This document shows, piece by piece, positions 44,871 to 58,235 of a DNA stretch of 64,000 nt. Within the stretch, counting starts at the first letter, position 1, and every line of letters starts with the position of its first letter. Under the pieces are notes generated by a model. The model had not been told where the DNA came from, ran no database searches, and was given only the letters and a program-made list of their open reading frames with translations. Source of the DNA: Piromyces finnis finn. Lineage: Eukaryota > Fungi > Neocallimastigomycota. The DNA is taken from positions 527,531-591,530 of the forward strand of contig MCFH01000034.1 of NCBI GenBank assembly GCA_002104945.1, in the 5' to 3' direction. A program made the position numbers and the translations under genes.

Positions 44871-46289
44871 ATGTCATCAATAGCAGATTATATAGCGAAA
44901 AATTATTTGTCAGCAGATAAAAAGAAGAAGAAGAAGAAGGTTAAAAAGAAGGCTAATGCTAGTACAGTTATTCATGATGATGATGATACAACTTTTAAAA
45001 ATTCAATAGATGAATCAGATGAAGAAGAAAAAGAAAAAAAACGTTTATTAAAAGAATCATTAAAAAAAGAAAAAGAAGAAAAAGAAAAGATTGCAAGTAA
45101 ATTTAAAACCGCAAACGAAAGTTCATGGGTGACAGTTGATGAAGGTAGTAATGCATTTAATAATACAACAGAGAATCAATTATATGATAATGATAAATTA
45201 AATGATGATAATGACAGAGGAAGGACTATAGATAAAAATCAAGATTCTCTTAAAAAAAGGAAACGTGTGTATTCAGATGATGAACAATCAAGAAGTAGAA
45301 GTAGAAGTAGAAGTAATAGTAATAGTAGAAGCAGAAGCAGAGGTAGAAGTAGAACTCCAGTAAAAATGCGTAAACGTGTATATTCAGATGATGAATCATC
45401 AATAAGTAGAAGTAGGAGCAGGAGTAGAAGTTCAAGTCCAATACAAAAACGCAAACGTGTATATTCAGATGATGAATCATCAGTGAGTAGAAGTAGGAGT
45501 AGAAGTAAAAGTAGAAGTTCAAGTCCAATACAAAAACGCAAACGTGTATATTCAGATGATGAATCATCAGTGAGTAGAAGTAGGAGTAGAAGTAAAAGTA
45601 GAAGTCAAAGTCCTATTCAAAAGCGTAGCCATGAATATTCAGATGAAGAAGCAGATAAAAATAATAAAAATGTAAAAGATAAAACAGTAAGAATGTCTGA
45701 TGGTTCATTAGCAGGTTTACAAGCAGGTAAAGATTTAAAATTAGATGCTAAACGTAAGCAAAGAGCTCAACGAGAATTATTAGCAAGAATGACATCTGAA
45801 GAAAGTGGAAAGCATGCAAAAACAATTTACCGTGATAAATATGGGAAGAAAGTTGATCTCGCGGTTGAAAAAGCAAAAATGGCAGCAGAAGAAAGGAAAA
45901 AAGAAGCTGAAGCTGAAAAAGATATGGTATGGGGTAAGGGTTTAGTACAACAAAGAGAAAGAGAAGAATTAGTAAGAAAGTTAAGAAAAGAAAAAGACAG
46001 ATCATTTGCAGTTTATAAAGACGATAAAGAATTAAATGAAGAACAAATGGAAAAAGATAGATGGGGAGATCCAATGGCTAAATTAATTAAAAAGAAAAGC
46101 AAAAGTAAAACAATTCGTCCTAAATATAATGGTCCACCACCTCCACCAAATAGATTTAATATAGAACCAGGTTATCGTTGGGATGGTGTTGATCGTTCAA
46201 ATGGATTTGAAGAAAAATATTTCCAAATGAAAAACCAAAAAGAGTCTGTTAGTGAAGTTGCCTATAAATGGTCAACTGAAGATATGTAA
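44871..46289 (+). CDS. BUD13: Pre-mRNA splicing factor Bud13/Cwc26 (RES complex), intronless
   Basis: N-terminal YIAKNYLS. C-terminal TIYRDKYG, WGKGLVQ, RWGDPMA, PPNRFNIEPGYRWDGVDRSNGFE, YKWSTEDM. Confidence 0.95.
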   Translation: MSSIADYIAKNYLSADKKKKKKKVKKKANASTVIHDDDDTTFKNSIDESDEEEKEKKRLLKESLKKEKEEKEKIASKFKTANESSWVTVDEGSNAFNNTTENQLYDNDKLNDDNDRGRTIDKNQDSLKKRKRVYSDDEQSRSRSRSRSNSNSRSRSRGRSRTPVKMRKRVYSDDESSISRSRSRSRSSSPIQKRKRVYSDDESSVSRSRSRSKSRSSSPIQKRKRVYSDDESSVSRSRSRSKSRSQSPIQKRSHEYSDEEADKNNKNVKDKTVRMSDGSLAGLQAGKDLKLDAKRKQRAQRELLARMTSEESGKHAKTIYRDKYGKKVDLAVEKAKMAAEERKKEAEAEKDMVWGKGLVQQREREELVRKLRKEKDRSFAVYKDDKELNEEQMEKDRWGDPMAKLIKKKSKSKTIRPKYNGPPPPPNRFNIEPGYRWDGVDRSNGFEEKYFQMKNQKESVSEVAYKWSTEDM

Positions 46290-47213
46290 ATTTTTAAAAT
46301 TTTTAACAATAAAATAATAAAAAAAAAAAGGATAAATACTTGAAATAAGTAAAAATAAATAGTATTTTTTTTTTCGTTTTTTATATATTTTAATGTTTAT
46401 TATTATTATTATTGTTGTAGTTGTTGTTAACAAAATGTAATTATATAAATATTTTTGTGTAACAATCACAAAAGTAATTAAAAAAGGTTAGGGGTGAAAA
46501 AAAAAAGAATACATTATATAATCCTTAATAATTGCGGCGGTATTGAGATTGAATATCCATATTTATTATAATTTATTAATTAGATGTTACTTAATAGTAT
46601 GAATTTTAATAAATGAATATTCATTTATAATAAAAAAAAAGCATATCAAGAAAAATATTATGGTTATTACAATCATTGTTTTAAAAAACTTTATAGATGG
46701 ATTCTTATAAAAAAAATTAAGTTATAATTTTTTTGGTTTTTTTTTTAAAAAATTTTTTAAGTAAATAATAAATATTTAAATTTAATTAATTAAAATTTGA
46801 ATTATAAAAAAAAAAAAAAAGGTATTAATCTTTTATTATATATCTAACGATGTTAAACATTACAGTACTTTTAAAGTATAAACAATTTAAATTGTATACT
46901 TTTAAATTGATAATGATTTCTTTTTTATTATTATTATTATTTTATTTAATTAATCTTATTTTGATTTTTTAAATATATTTTAAATTTTACCAGTTAATCT
47001 CAAATAATATTGTTTATTTTTAAAATTTATAATTAATAAAGTTAAGTAGTTTGAAATTAAAAAAACAAAATCAATATTCGTTATTTAATTATTATTTTTT
47101 ATTTAAAAAGGTAAGAGGAAATTTTTTCAAGGAAAATTTAAAAAAGTTGCTTTATACATTCGTAATCTTTTTTTTTTTTAATGGATTATATATGAAGAGA
47201 TTAATAACTATAA

Positions 47214-50200
47214 ATGGATAATTATAATATATATGAATCAATAGATTCAAATAATAGTAATAATAATTACAATCAAAACTATAATAATACTAATTATAAC
47301 AACAATAATCAAAATTATAACAATAATCAAAATTATAACAGTAATAATAATAATTTTAATACTAATAGCAATGACAAAAATGTAAATAATAAAAATATTC
47401 AGAATAATAATAATAATCAAAATTTTAATAATCAGTATAACAATAACAATAATAATAACAACCAAAATACTAATACTAATAATGATAATTATAACAATCA
47501 AAATGTAAATAATATTAATAACAACAATATTCAAAATTATTATAATACAAACTATCCATATTATCCAAATAATTTAAAAAATGTTAATATTTCATTAAAT
47601 AAAATTGATTTATATGAAGACTATGAATATGAAAATCAAAATCAAAATCAACCAGGCCCCATAAATAATAGTAATTATACCCAATATAATACAATTGCAA
47701 ATGATAATCAATGTAATAACAATAATATGAATATACTTAATAATGATAATAATCAAAGAAATGATTTAAATAATGTTAATAATGGTTATAACAATAACTT
47801 GAATAATACATCTAATCCAAATAGTTGTGATATTAATCAAATGAATAATATTAATGCTGTGAATAATTCTAGTTCGAAAAGTATAGAAGAAAAAAATAAA
47901 AGAAGACCTTCTGAAATAAGCTTTAATACTACAAATAATTCAACAAATGACATTGATCGTCGTAGAAGAATTTATAGTTGTATTAGTAATCAAAAATCAA
48001 ATATTGGTAGTAGAAAATCAAGTCTAAGTACTGGTATAAATACTAGACGTAATACTATAAGTAGTACTAGTCGTAGTCATTCAAATAGTTTAAGCTATAA
48101 ATCACCTACTACTTATAATAATGAAAATGATTACAATAATAATAATAATGTGAATATGAATATTAAAAATCAAAACAATAATAATATACAAAGTAACAAT
48201 TTACAACAATTTAACTCAAAAAATGACATTAAAGATTACATTGAATTTCTGAATGATATTGTCGATAAATCACCAAATTCATTACAACAATTAGAGTTAA
48301 AAAAGTTAATTAAAAGTGCATGTCAATATATTGAACAATCCGCAGTATGTGATTATAATGAATATAATGATTATTTTAATGAACTTCAGAATAAGGCAAA
48401 CAAATATTTGAGAAATAAAATAAAATGTGATTTATGTAAATCTACGATACTTTTTATGGATTATGAATTCCATAGAAAAGAATGTCCAAAATGTTTGAAA
48501 ACTTGTCAATTCTGTAATAATTCTATTCATATTGATGAAATGAAGAATCATATGAATAAATGTGGGTTTAGATTATCAACTTGTCCCGATTGTTTTGGAA
48601 GATACTTAAATTCAGAAATGGATAAACACAGACAATCATGTGGAAAAAGAAAAATTACATGTCCTCATTGTAATGAAATATTTATATATAAAAATTTAGA
48701 AGATCATCAAAGAAAATGCAAACAAAAACCTGTATCCTGCCAATATTGTAATAATATATTTTCGAAAAATGATATAAAAAACCATATAAATGAGTGCTCA
48801 AAAAGAACAGTAATATGTAATAATTGCAAAAAACCATATTCGTGGAATGAAATTGAAGATCATAAACAAAAATGTGAATTTTTAAAAGTTCAATGCCCTT
48901 ATTGTTCTGAGTATCAAATAGCAAAATTTTTGTTAAAGCATGAAGAATGGTGCCCAAAAAGACCAGTTAAATGCCCTGATTGTGAAAAGTTGTTTAATCT
49001 TTCAGAAATGGGAAAACACCAAAAATGTTGTACTGAGTCAAAAAAAAAATGTCAATATTGTGGTATATCCATATTACTTAAAAATGAAGAAACTCACTAT
49101 AATGAGTGTCCAAAAAAACTAGTTGAATGTAGGCATTGTTATGGCAAATTCCTTCAAGGTCACTTAAAGAATCACGAAAATGAATGTAGTGGTAAAAAAG
49201 TAAAATGCCCATATTGTAATAATTTTTATACAATGAAAAATATGGAAAATCACAAAAATTGGTGTACAGATAGACCTATTGAATGTAGATATTGTAGAAA
49301 AATAACACCTAGATCTCATATTGAAAAACATGAAAAAAAATGTAAGCTACAACAGAAGAAGTGTCCATTCTGTGAAAATGTATTTTCTTATGAAAATATT
49401 GATAATCACAAGGAAGTATGTGATCAACGTCCAGTAAAATGTTTATATTGTCATTTAATGTTTAAAAATGGTTATATTGATCAACACACAGAAACTTGCG
49501 AATTAAGAAAGACAAAATGTCCATATTGTAAAACAGAGCATTATCAAAAGAATATGGAAAAGCATAAAAAAGATTGCCCTCAAAAGCCCGTAGAATGTTT
49601 AAATTGTCATGAATTAATGAAAAATGAAAATTATAAAAGTCATACTGAGAAATGTAATGAAAGAAAAGTAGAATGTGAATATTGTTCAGAATTATTTCCT
49701 TACAGATTACTAGATGATCATAAAGAAAGCTGTTTTTATAAGCCAAAGCCATGTATATATTGTAATGCTGAAATATCATCAAATAATATGAATAACCATA
49801 TTCAAAATGAATGTTCTAAACGTAAAGTAAAATGTGAAAATTGTAATCAATCAATGACTGCATTGCAACTGAAAGCCCATAATGGACAATGTGAATTTAG
49901 AAAGACTTCATGTCCTTATTGTCATTCACAAATAAGAAATAACTTATTAGATGTACATAAAATAAATGAATGTCCAAATAGACCAACCCCATGTCAATAT
50001 TGCAATAAAATATTTAAATATTATAAATTAGATAGTCACATCTCCAAGTGCCCATTAAGACCAAAGGAAACCGAAAGATTTATATACAATAATGAGCCGA
50101 TGGGATATTACAATGACAGAGAAGTATATAATGAACTAAATATGAATAATAAAAACAATCCTTATTTTGGAAATAATAGAAATATGTATTCACCATATAA

Positions 50201-53200
50201 TAATGATCCTCGAGTAAATAATAATCAATATTCATACTATAATAATAAAACTTTCGAAGATATCAATCCAGGTACTTCAAGAAATATCAATTTTTCCGAA
50301 CCAGGTTATAATGGTAATATCCCAAAAAATATCAATTTCTCTGAACCAAATTATAATACTAATTTGAATAATGCCAATCCAATCGATTCAAGAAACGTCA
50401 ATTTTTCTGAAACAAATATCGAGAATAGTAATCCTGAATTAGATCCGAACTATAATAATAGAAACATAAGTGATGAAAATACAAGAGAATTACTTACAAA
50501 TAATTTCAATGACTTATTAACTAATATTTTTGAAAAGTCTCTTGCGAAGTTCATGCCAAAAAAAGATGAACAAGAAAATGAGAATAGTAATGATAAAAAC
50601 AGTGAAAATACTAAAGAATCAAATAATTCTTCTAACTCAAGCAGTGATGAATCTGTGAATAAGAAGAATGATAACGATATTAAGAATGTTACATTAAAAT
50701 CAAAAACAAAAATTGAAAAGAAGTCAAATAATCATAATGAAGAAAATATTAAATCAATATCAAAAAAGAAAACTAAAATAACTACTTATAAAGTCAGTGA
50801 TGATTCATCTAGCTCGGAAAATGAAAATAGCGATAGTGATAATGATATTGAAAGTAATAGCGATAGTGATAGTGATACTGAAAGTTACAGTAATATAGAA
50901 AGTGATGATGAAATTGAAAGTGATAGTAGTTTTGGTAGTTCTATTAGTGATTCTAGCAGTACAAGTAGTAATAGTTCATATTTTAGTTCAGAAAGACGAG
51001 GTCGTTCTAGGGAGAAAAAAATTTTTAGAAGAAATAATAAAAAAGATGATTTCTCTGGTAAAGAAAATTATAAAAATAAAATGAAAACAAAAAAAAGAAT
51101 CAATTTTGATGAACAATTATCTTCTGAAAGCGATACAGTAATTAGTGAAGAGTCTATAACAAAGACTAAAATATTAATTAAAAATGTAAGTCCAAGTAAA
51201 AAAGGTAGTGATGAAAAGAAATATACATCAAAATCAAAATCAAAACTAAATGATCAATTGAAAGAAAAAGAAAGATCAAAATTCAGAGGTAAACATTTTT
51301 CAAAAGAAAGATCTAAATCTAAAAATAAACATATTTCAAGAGAAAGATCTAAATCTATAGACAATTATATTCCAAATGAAAGATCTAGATCTTTGAGAGA
51401 AACGACAATTGAAAGGTCAAAATCTAGAGAAAGAAAGATAATAGAAAATTCAGAAAATAAAAATGTTAAGACAATAGAAAAAGTTAATAAAAAACATTTA
51501 ACAAAAAGATCCAATTCTACGTCTAGATCTAGATCAAAATCAGGTCAAACAAAAACTAATGAATCTCATAAAAAAAGGTATTCCAATAATAAATCAAAAT
51601 CTAGATCAAAATCAGCATCAAGAGTCATAAAAGAAAAAATATATTCTAGAGAAACTTCAATATCAAGGTCTAGGTCAAGATCAAAACCAAGAGTAATTAA
51701 AGAAAAAGTATATTCAAAGGAAACTTCAAGGTCAAAGTCTAGGTCAAGATCAAAACCAAGAGTAATTAAAGAAAAAATATATTCAAAGGAAACTTCAAGA
51801 TCAAGGTCTAGGTCAAGATCAAAACCAAGAGTAATTAAAGAAAAAATATATTCAAAGGAAACTTCAAGATCAAGGTCTAGGTCAAGATCTAAATCAAAGG
51901 AATTAAAAAGAAAAACTAAAGATAAAAAATTTTATAGAGAAAATTCAAAGTCAAGATCCAGATCTATATATGGACCAAAAGAATTAAATAAAAGAACAAT
52001 TTCAAAATCAAGGTCTAGATCTAAATCACGTAATAGAGAAACCATATTTTATGAAAAGGAGAAGTCAAAATCTCAATCAAGACACAAAAATTATGATGAT
52101 ATATCATATTCAACAAGCAGTAGTGAATTAATATCAAGTGATATTTCATACACAGATAAAACTAAAAGGGTATATAATGAAAGGGGAAGATCTAGAATCA
52201 AAGGAAATGAAATTATAGATGAGAATGACAAAACGACTAAAACTCTTAAATTTAATTATTTAAATTTACCAATGAAACATCACACTAAAAAATCTCAAAC
52301 AATTATAAAAAATGATTTTAGTTCTAGTATAGAGAGTTTAAATAATAATGAACCAATAAGATTATCGAAAAATAATAAACTTGATTCAATAACCACCAGT
52401 ACTTCTAATGAAACAATAAATGAAAAAGAAAAATTAAGATCAAAGCCAAAACCAAAAATAAATGAAAAAGACGTAAGTATTAAGGTGAATAAGGATTCTG
52501 ATGATAATAATAATTGTATTAATAAAGGAGCCAATATAAATGACAATGAACCTGAAATTATTGATAAGCATTTATCCTATGAACAGTATCTTAATAGAAG
52601 GTTGATTGAAATTGATGACAAATCAAGAAATGATAAAAAAGATATATTTAAAAAATTATTTGAACAAGAAAAAGAAATTGAATTATTAAAAAGTTCAATC
52701 AATAATTTAAAACAAAAGAAGGATACAGAAGAAAAAGATGATCAACCAGTTAAAATAAATGAATCTGACTCTAAAAATATAGATAATATTAATCAGAAAT
52801 GTACTAGAGAGTTTTTAACTAAAAAAAATAAAGATACTAATTTTATAAGATGTGAATCTCCAGATAATAAAAGTTTAATTTTCACTATTTCAAATAACAA
52901 TATAATTAATTTAAGAAAAAATTCAAAAATGAAAAATAAAAGTAGTTCCAGTGACAGTTTAAATTATGATAACTACAATTTTAATGATAAAATTATTTAT
53001 GATGATCAATACGATTCATTAACAAGTTATGATATGTATCCAGAAATTGATATCATTAATAAACAAAAGAGAAAAAATAAGGGCAGTAAAGATAATAGTA
53101 ATAATAACTTAAAAAGCACTGATAGCAAAGAATCTATTCAGATAAGTAGTAATGATAGGAATAGATATAACGATGGTTTTAATGAAAAAGAAAATAATAT

Positions 53201-55140
53201 AAATAATAATAATGAGTTTATTAAAAATAAAAAATATAATGATAATAATGCAAATCATAGTAAGCGTTCTAGTAATAGAAATAGTAACAATAACATAAGT
53301 AATATAAATATTTATAATGGTGATAGTAATAAGTCAAATAATCATTATAATCATAATCATCATGCAAATAAATATTATGAAAGAAAATATAAAACAGAAA
53401 CTAAAAATAATGAAAATGCTGAATCACCTAACTCAGATAATAATAAGAACCCGCTAAAGCATAATCCTAAAATAGAACCTACAAACTCAGAAGATTTCAA
53501 AAACACTGAAAAAAGAAACTCATCATCAGATTCATTGGATAAAAAAAGTAAAGAAGAAGTTATTAAAGAATTAGTGAATAAATATTTTATGGAATTAGTA
53601 ACTAGGACTAATAATAAAAATAAGAGTAAAAAAATTAAATTAATTAATAATGATAACAATAATATATCATTTAAGATGCCAAATAATTATGAAATAGATT
53701 TAGATTCTTTAAAAATATTAAATAAAAAACTTGAAAAAATGAATAATGAAAAAAATACGAAAAAGAATCAAAATCAAAATGACACAGGAAGTTCTTCTAA
53801 TAATGAAAAGCCACATAAAAGAGAAGAAAGTTCAGAGGGAAATTCAAGTAATTCCTCAAGAAATATAAAAAAGTTTAATTATGATGATTTAAAAGATAAT
53901 GATAAAAGTATTAAAAAGTCAACATCCTCAAGTTCACTAAAGACTAGCAGCGATGACTATGAATATTATTTGATAAACAAAAATAATAATAATATATCAT
54001 TTAAAATTCCAGAAAGAAAAAATGAAAGTAGAAAAATAAATAATAATGAAAAACCAGAATCTAATAGTAATAACGATTATAGTAGCGATAAAAAAACAGA
54101 TTCTAATTCTAATAGTAATAATGATAAAAAAAATAAGAAAAGTCATCATTCAAAACCAAAAAAACATAAGAAAAGATTTCACAAAATCATAGGATATATT
54201 ACCGATGATATGAGCTATAGTGATTCTTTCTCTTACTCTTCAAGTACTTCAGATTCAAATGGAAAGCATCATAGACATAAGTATGGTAAAGGAAAAGAGA
54301 AAAAGTTAAATGAAGATAGTGAAAAATCAAATGATGAAAATGATAAGCATAAACGAGAAAGAAGTTTTAATACTTTTTATATAAATAATAGCACCTATCA
54401 AAACCAAACTACAGATAGCAAAAAAGATAAAAAAAATAAATCTGATAATAAAAAAAAAAGCTCAAAGGACAAAAAAAAGCCAGAGGATGATAAAGAAAAA
54501 GCATTTGGTAAAGAAAAAAAAAAAAAAAAAAAAGATTCACCACCACTAGAAGATTCAGATAGTAATGATGAATTAAAAAATAGTAAACCCAAAAAATCAA
54601 ATCCAAAAAAATGTAAATCCCCTCCTGATGATACCAAATCATTGGGAGGGGGTAAAACAAATGAATCAAGTAACTCAAGTGATGGTGATATATCACCTGA
54701 AAATGAGGAACTTGAGTCAAACAAAGATATCATATCAAATAGTAAAGATAGTAATGGTGAAAATGATAATAATGATAATGATGATAGTAATAATAATGAC
54801 GAAAGTGATGAAGATAGTAACAATGACAATAATGAAGAAAGTGAAGATAATAACAATAACAGTAATGATGAAAAAAGTGATGAAGGTGATAATGGTAAAG
54901 GTAATAGCGGAATGGGAAACAATGGTAGAAGTAATAATGATGGAAGCAATGGTAAAAAAAAGGCTGGTAATAACGATAATGGTAATAGTGGTAATAATGG
55001 TGAAAGAAGTGGTAGTGGTAATGGTAATCGAGGTGGTGGCAATGGTAGTAGTAATAGTAATGGCGGTGGTAGTGGTAGTGGTAGTGGTAGTGGTGGAGGT
55101 GGTGGAGGTAGTGGAGGTGGAGGTGGTTCATCTCAACAAC

Positions 55141-55171
<31 letters not shown>

Positions 55172-57275
55172 ACAACCTTCGTCGTCTGGTAATAATGATA
55201 AAATACCAACACAACAACCTACACCGTCCGAAAACAATAATGAAAAACCTTCTCAACAACCAACACCGTCCGAAAACAATAATGAAAAACCTTCTCAACA
55301 ACCAACACCGTCCGATAACAATAATGAAAAACCTTCTCAACAACCAACACCATCTAATAATGATGATGAAGAATCTTCACAACAACCTACGCCATTTGAT
55401 AATGTTGATGAAAAACCTTCTCAACAACCTACACCACTTGATGATAGTGATAAAAAACCTTCTCAACAACCTACACTATCTGATGATAGTGATAAAAAAC
55501 CTTCACAACAACCTACACCACCTGATGATAGTGATGAAAAACCTTCTCAACAACCCGCACTACCTGATGATAGTGATGAAAAACCTTCTCAACAACCTAC
55601 ACCACTTGATGATGATGATGAAAACTCTACAAAACAACAATCTCCTAAACCTCAACCTCCATCATCAGAACCACAGCCATCTCAAGAAAAACATCAACAA
55701 GTACCAGAAGCTGAACCAGAAGACACTATACCACCAAATCAAGAAAATGAACCTAAAAATTTGGAAAACCAACAACCCCAATCAGAATCCGAATATCAAC
55801 CAACACCAAATTCAACACCTCATAATGAATTCACACCACAATCATCCAAATCTGAACTTTTCCATCCAAAATTACATTCCCAAGCTATTCCTGAACCAAA
55901 AGATGATACACCTAACGAATCATCATCAAAAGACGATGAACCAGAACTTTCACCAGAACCTCCACCTTCATCATATACAAATAACGAAAATGAACAATCA
56001 TCATTATTATCTTCATCTTCTTCTCACAATCCTAGTGAATTAAATAATGAGAAAAACAAAAAGTTAATGAAACCAAAAATTGAACCAGGATCAGAACCAA
56101 TAGTTTCTCCATTAGATAAAAAAACTTTAGAAGATAAAATTAATAACTTAAAAGATAAAATAGTAGGTATGATTGACAAATTAAAAAATTCCTCCTCTTC
56201 CAGTAATTTAGACTTAACAAATGATGATTTGGACTTAGCTCCAATTAAAAAAGAGCCAGATGAAAATAAAAATAAACCTAGAATAAAAAAGGAATCAAAA
56301 CAAAAACCTGTGAATAAAAAAGAACAAAAGCCAAAAGCCGAAAAGAAAACGCCAATTAAAAACAACAAAATATTAATTAAAAAGGAATCAAAACCAGAAT
56401 CAGATCCAGAAATAATAAAACAAAAACCAATAAAACCAGAAAAAAATAAAATTATTTTAAAAGAACCGTTAAAATCAATACTGAAAAAGGAATCTATTAT
56501 TAAATCGAAACCAAAACAAGATGAAGAGAAATCAGAACCAATGGAAATTCCTATTGATCATACAGTAAAAGATAAAACATCAAAATTGATGAAAGAATCA
56601 AAAAAACCAAAAGAGAAAAAAGAAACATCAGAAATGAAGCAAGAAGAGCAAAATGCTAAGCCTAAATTAGATAAAAATATTATTATAATTAAAGAAAATA
56701 AAAATGAACATGTGAGAGATAAAAAAGATATTAAAGATGTTAAAAAGAATGTTCTGACACCAATTCTTAAACAAAAATCATTATCATTAAACGATTTATT
56801 TATTCCTAAAACTTTTGAAAAGAAGGAATCACCACCAAAACCCATAAATATTAAGATAAAAAGAGAAAGAAATTCAAAAATTAAAAAAGAACAAAACGAG
56901 AAATATGAATTACAACTTGATAAAGAAAATGATAAAAATAAATCAAATGTCAAAAATAATATTCATATAGCAAAAAGAAAATGTTCAAAAGAGCTTAAGC
57001 CAGTGAAAAAAGAAATATTTATACCAATAAAGAAAGAAAAAGAAATGAATAAACCATCTAAAAAGGAAATATTTATACCAATAAAGAAAGAAAAGGAAGA
57101 TTGTCAACCGATTAAGAAAAAAAAAGATCAAAAAATAATAATTCAACCTATTATTAATAAAAAAGGCAATACAGTTGAAAAGAAGGATTCTATAGAAGAT
57201 ATTAACAATAAGAAAAAAATGATATGCTATATTAATATTGTTATAAAAAAAAGGAAAAAAGAGAAAAACAAAAAA
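47214..57275 (+). CDS. Giant (>3300 aa) protein with 21 tandem TRAF-type C2HC zinc fingers and extensive low-complexity regions
   Basis: 10-kb open frame with C-x2-C-x11/12-H-x3/4-C units at a ~26-aa period across ~48420-50055. A GTAAG donor at 57276 and an open frame at ~57401-57528 suggest further short 3' exons to ~57620, but the splice phase is unresolved. Confidence 0.85.
51590..51900 (+). repeat. Coding tandem repeat, ~4 x 69 bp (SRSRSRSRSKPRVIKEKIYSKET)
   Basis: Seen in the DNA and the translation. Confidence 0.85.
55212..55631 (+). repeat. Coding tandem repeat, 10 x 42 bp (QQPTPxDxxDEKPS)
   Basis: caacaacctacacc...aaaccttct units; translation shows 10 units of 14 aa. Confidence 0.9.
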
Positions 57276-58074
57276 GTAAGATAAATTAAAAATATATTTT
57301 ATTATTTTTATTATTGTAAAAAAATATATAAATAATAGGTAATTTACTAATTAAAAATATATATATATATATTTTATTTGCAATTTTATTAATAATCATA
57401 GTCTACAATTATAAAGAAAAATAAAGAGTATCAAAAGATAATTTCACTAAATTCTAATGATAACAGTATATCTAAAAATGATATAATAAAATCATATCTT
57501 AATTCTATACCACTATATAATAAAAGGTATTAGAAAATTTTTTAAATAAAAATATTATATGTATTTTCTTAGAGAGACATCTTATAAAAAAAAAATATTG
57601 ATATTTAAAAATTTAAACTAATAATTTTATATATTTTTTATAATTACATTAGATAATATAAATATTAAAGGTATTAATAAAAATATACTAATACCGATAT
57701 TAAATTTTTTAAAAAAAAAATACTAAATTATTTATATAAAAATGGTCTTTTTTTTTTAATAATTATTAAATATAAAACAAATTACAATGCAAAACTTTTT
57801 TATATATAAAAGTATTCAATGTTCTTTCTTCTTTTTTAATCTATCTTTAACTATTATTTTACAATATAACCATTTATTTATGTATTATAACAAAAAAAAT
57901 AAAAAAAATAAAAAAATGAAATGTACATTTAAAAAAAAATTTGTTTTTTTATTTTTTATTTTTTTTAAAAACATGCTTATCAATACATTATAAATTCTTC
58001 ACATAAAAATTACGTATTAATTTATATACCTTAATCGCATTAATTGCAAAAAAATATTTTTTTCATATATCCTT

Positions 58075-58115
58075 TAAAATTACTAGAATGCATTATACCC
58101 AATTTGTGTTCATTT
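58075..58115 (+). mobile_element. Short fragment homologous to the LINE 3'UTR, opposite orientation to the LINE copies
   Basis: taaaattactagaatgcattatacccaattt matches the reverse complement of ~62050-62080 (taaaattactagaatacattatacccaattt) at 30/31 positions. Confidence 0.7.
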
Positions 58116-58235
58116 TTTTTTAGACTAGGAAGAGAATACACATTTTTTATTTATTTATTTAATTTGTGATATTACATAATATTAGGTGATAATACATATT
58201 GATATAATAAATAATAAATATAAATATAAATATAA

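Noticed and set aside
55212-55631. Regularly spaced repeats as a CRISPR-like array
   Set aside because: In-frame coding tandem repeats with no unique spacers, in a eukaryotic gene.
47247-56953. Antisense and alternate-frame ORFs, including the 471-aa ORF at 54628-56043
   Set aside because: By-products of repetitive codons in the giant zinc-finger ORF, with no recognisable domain.
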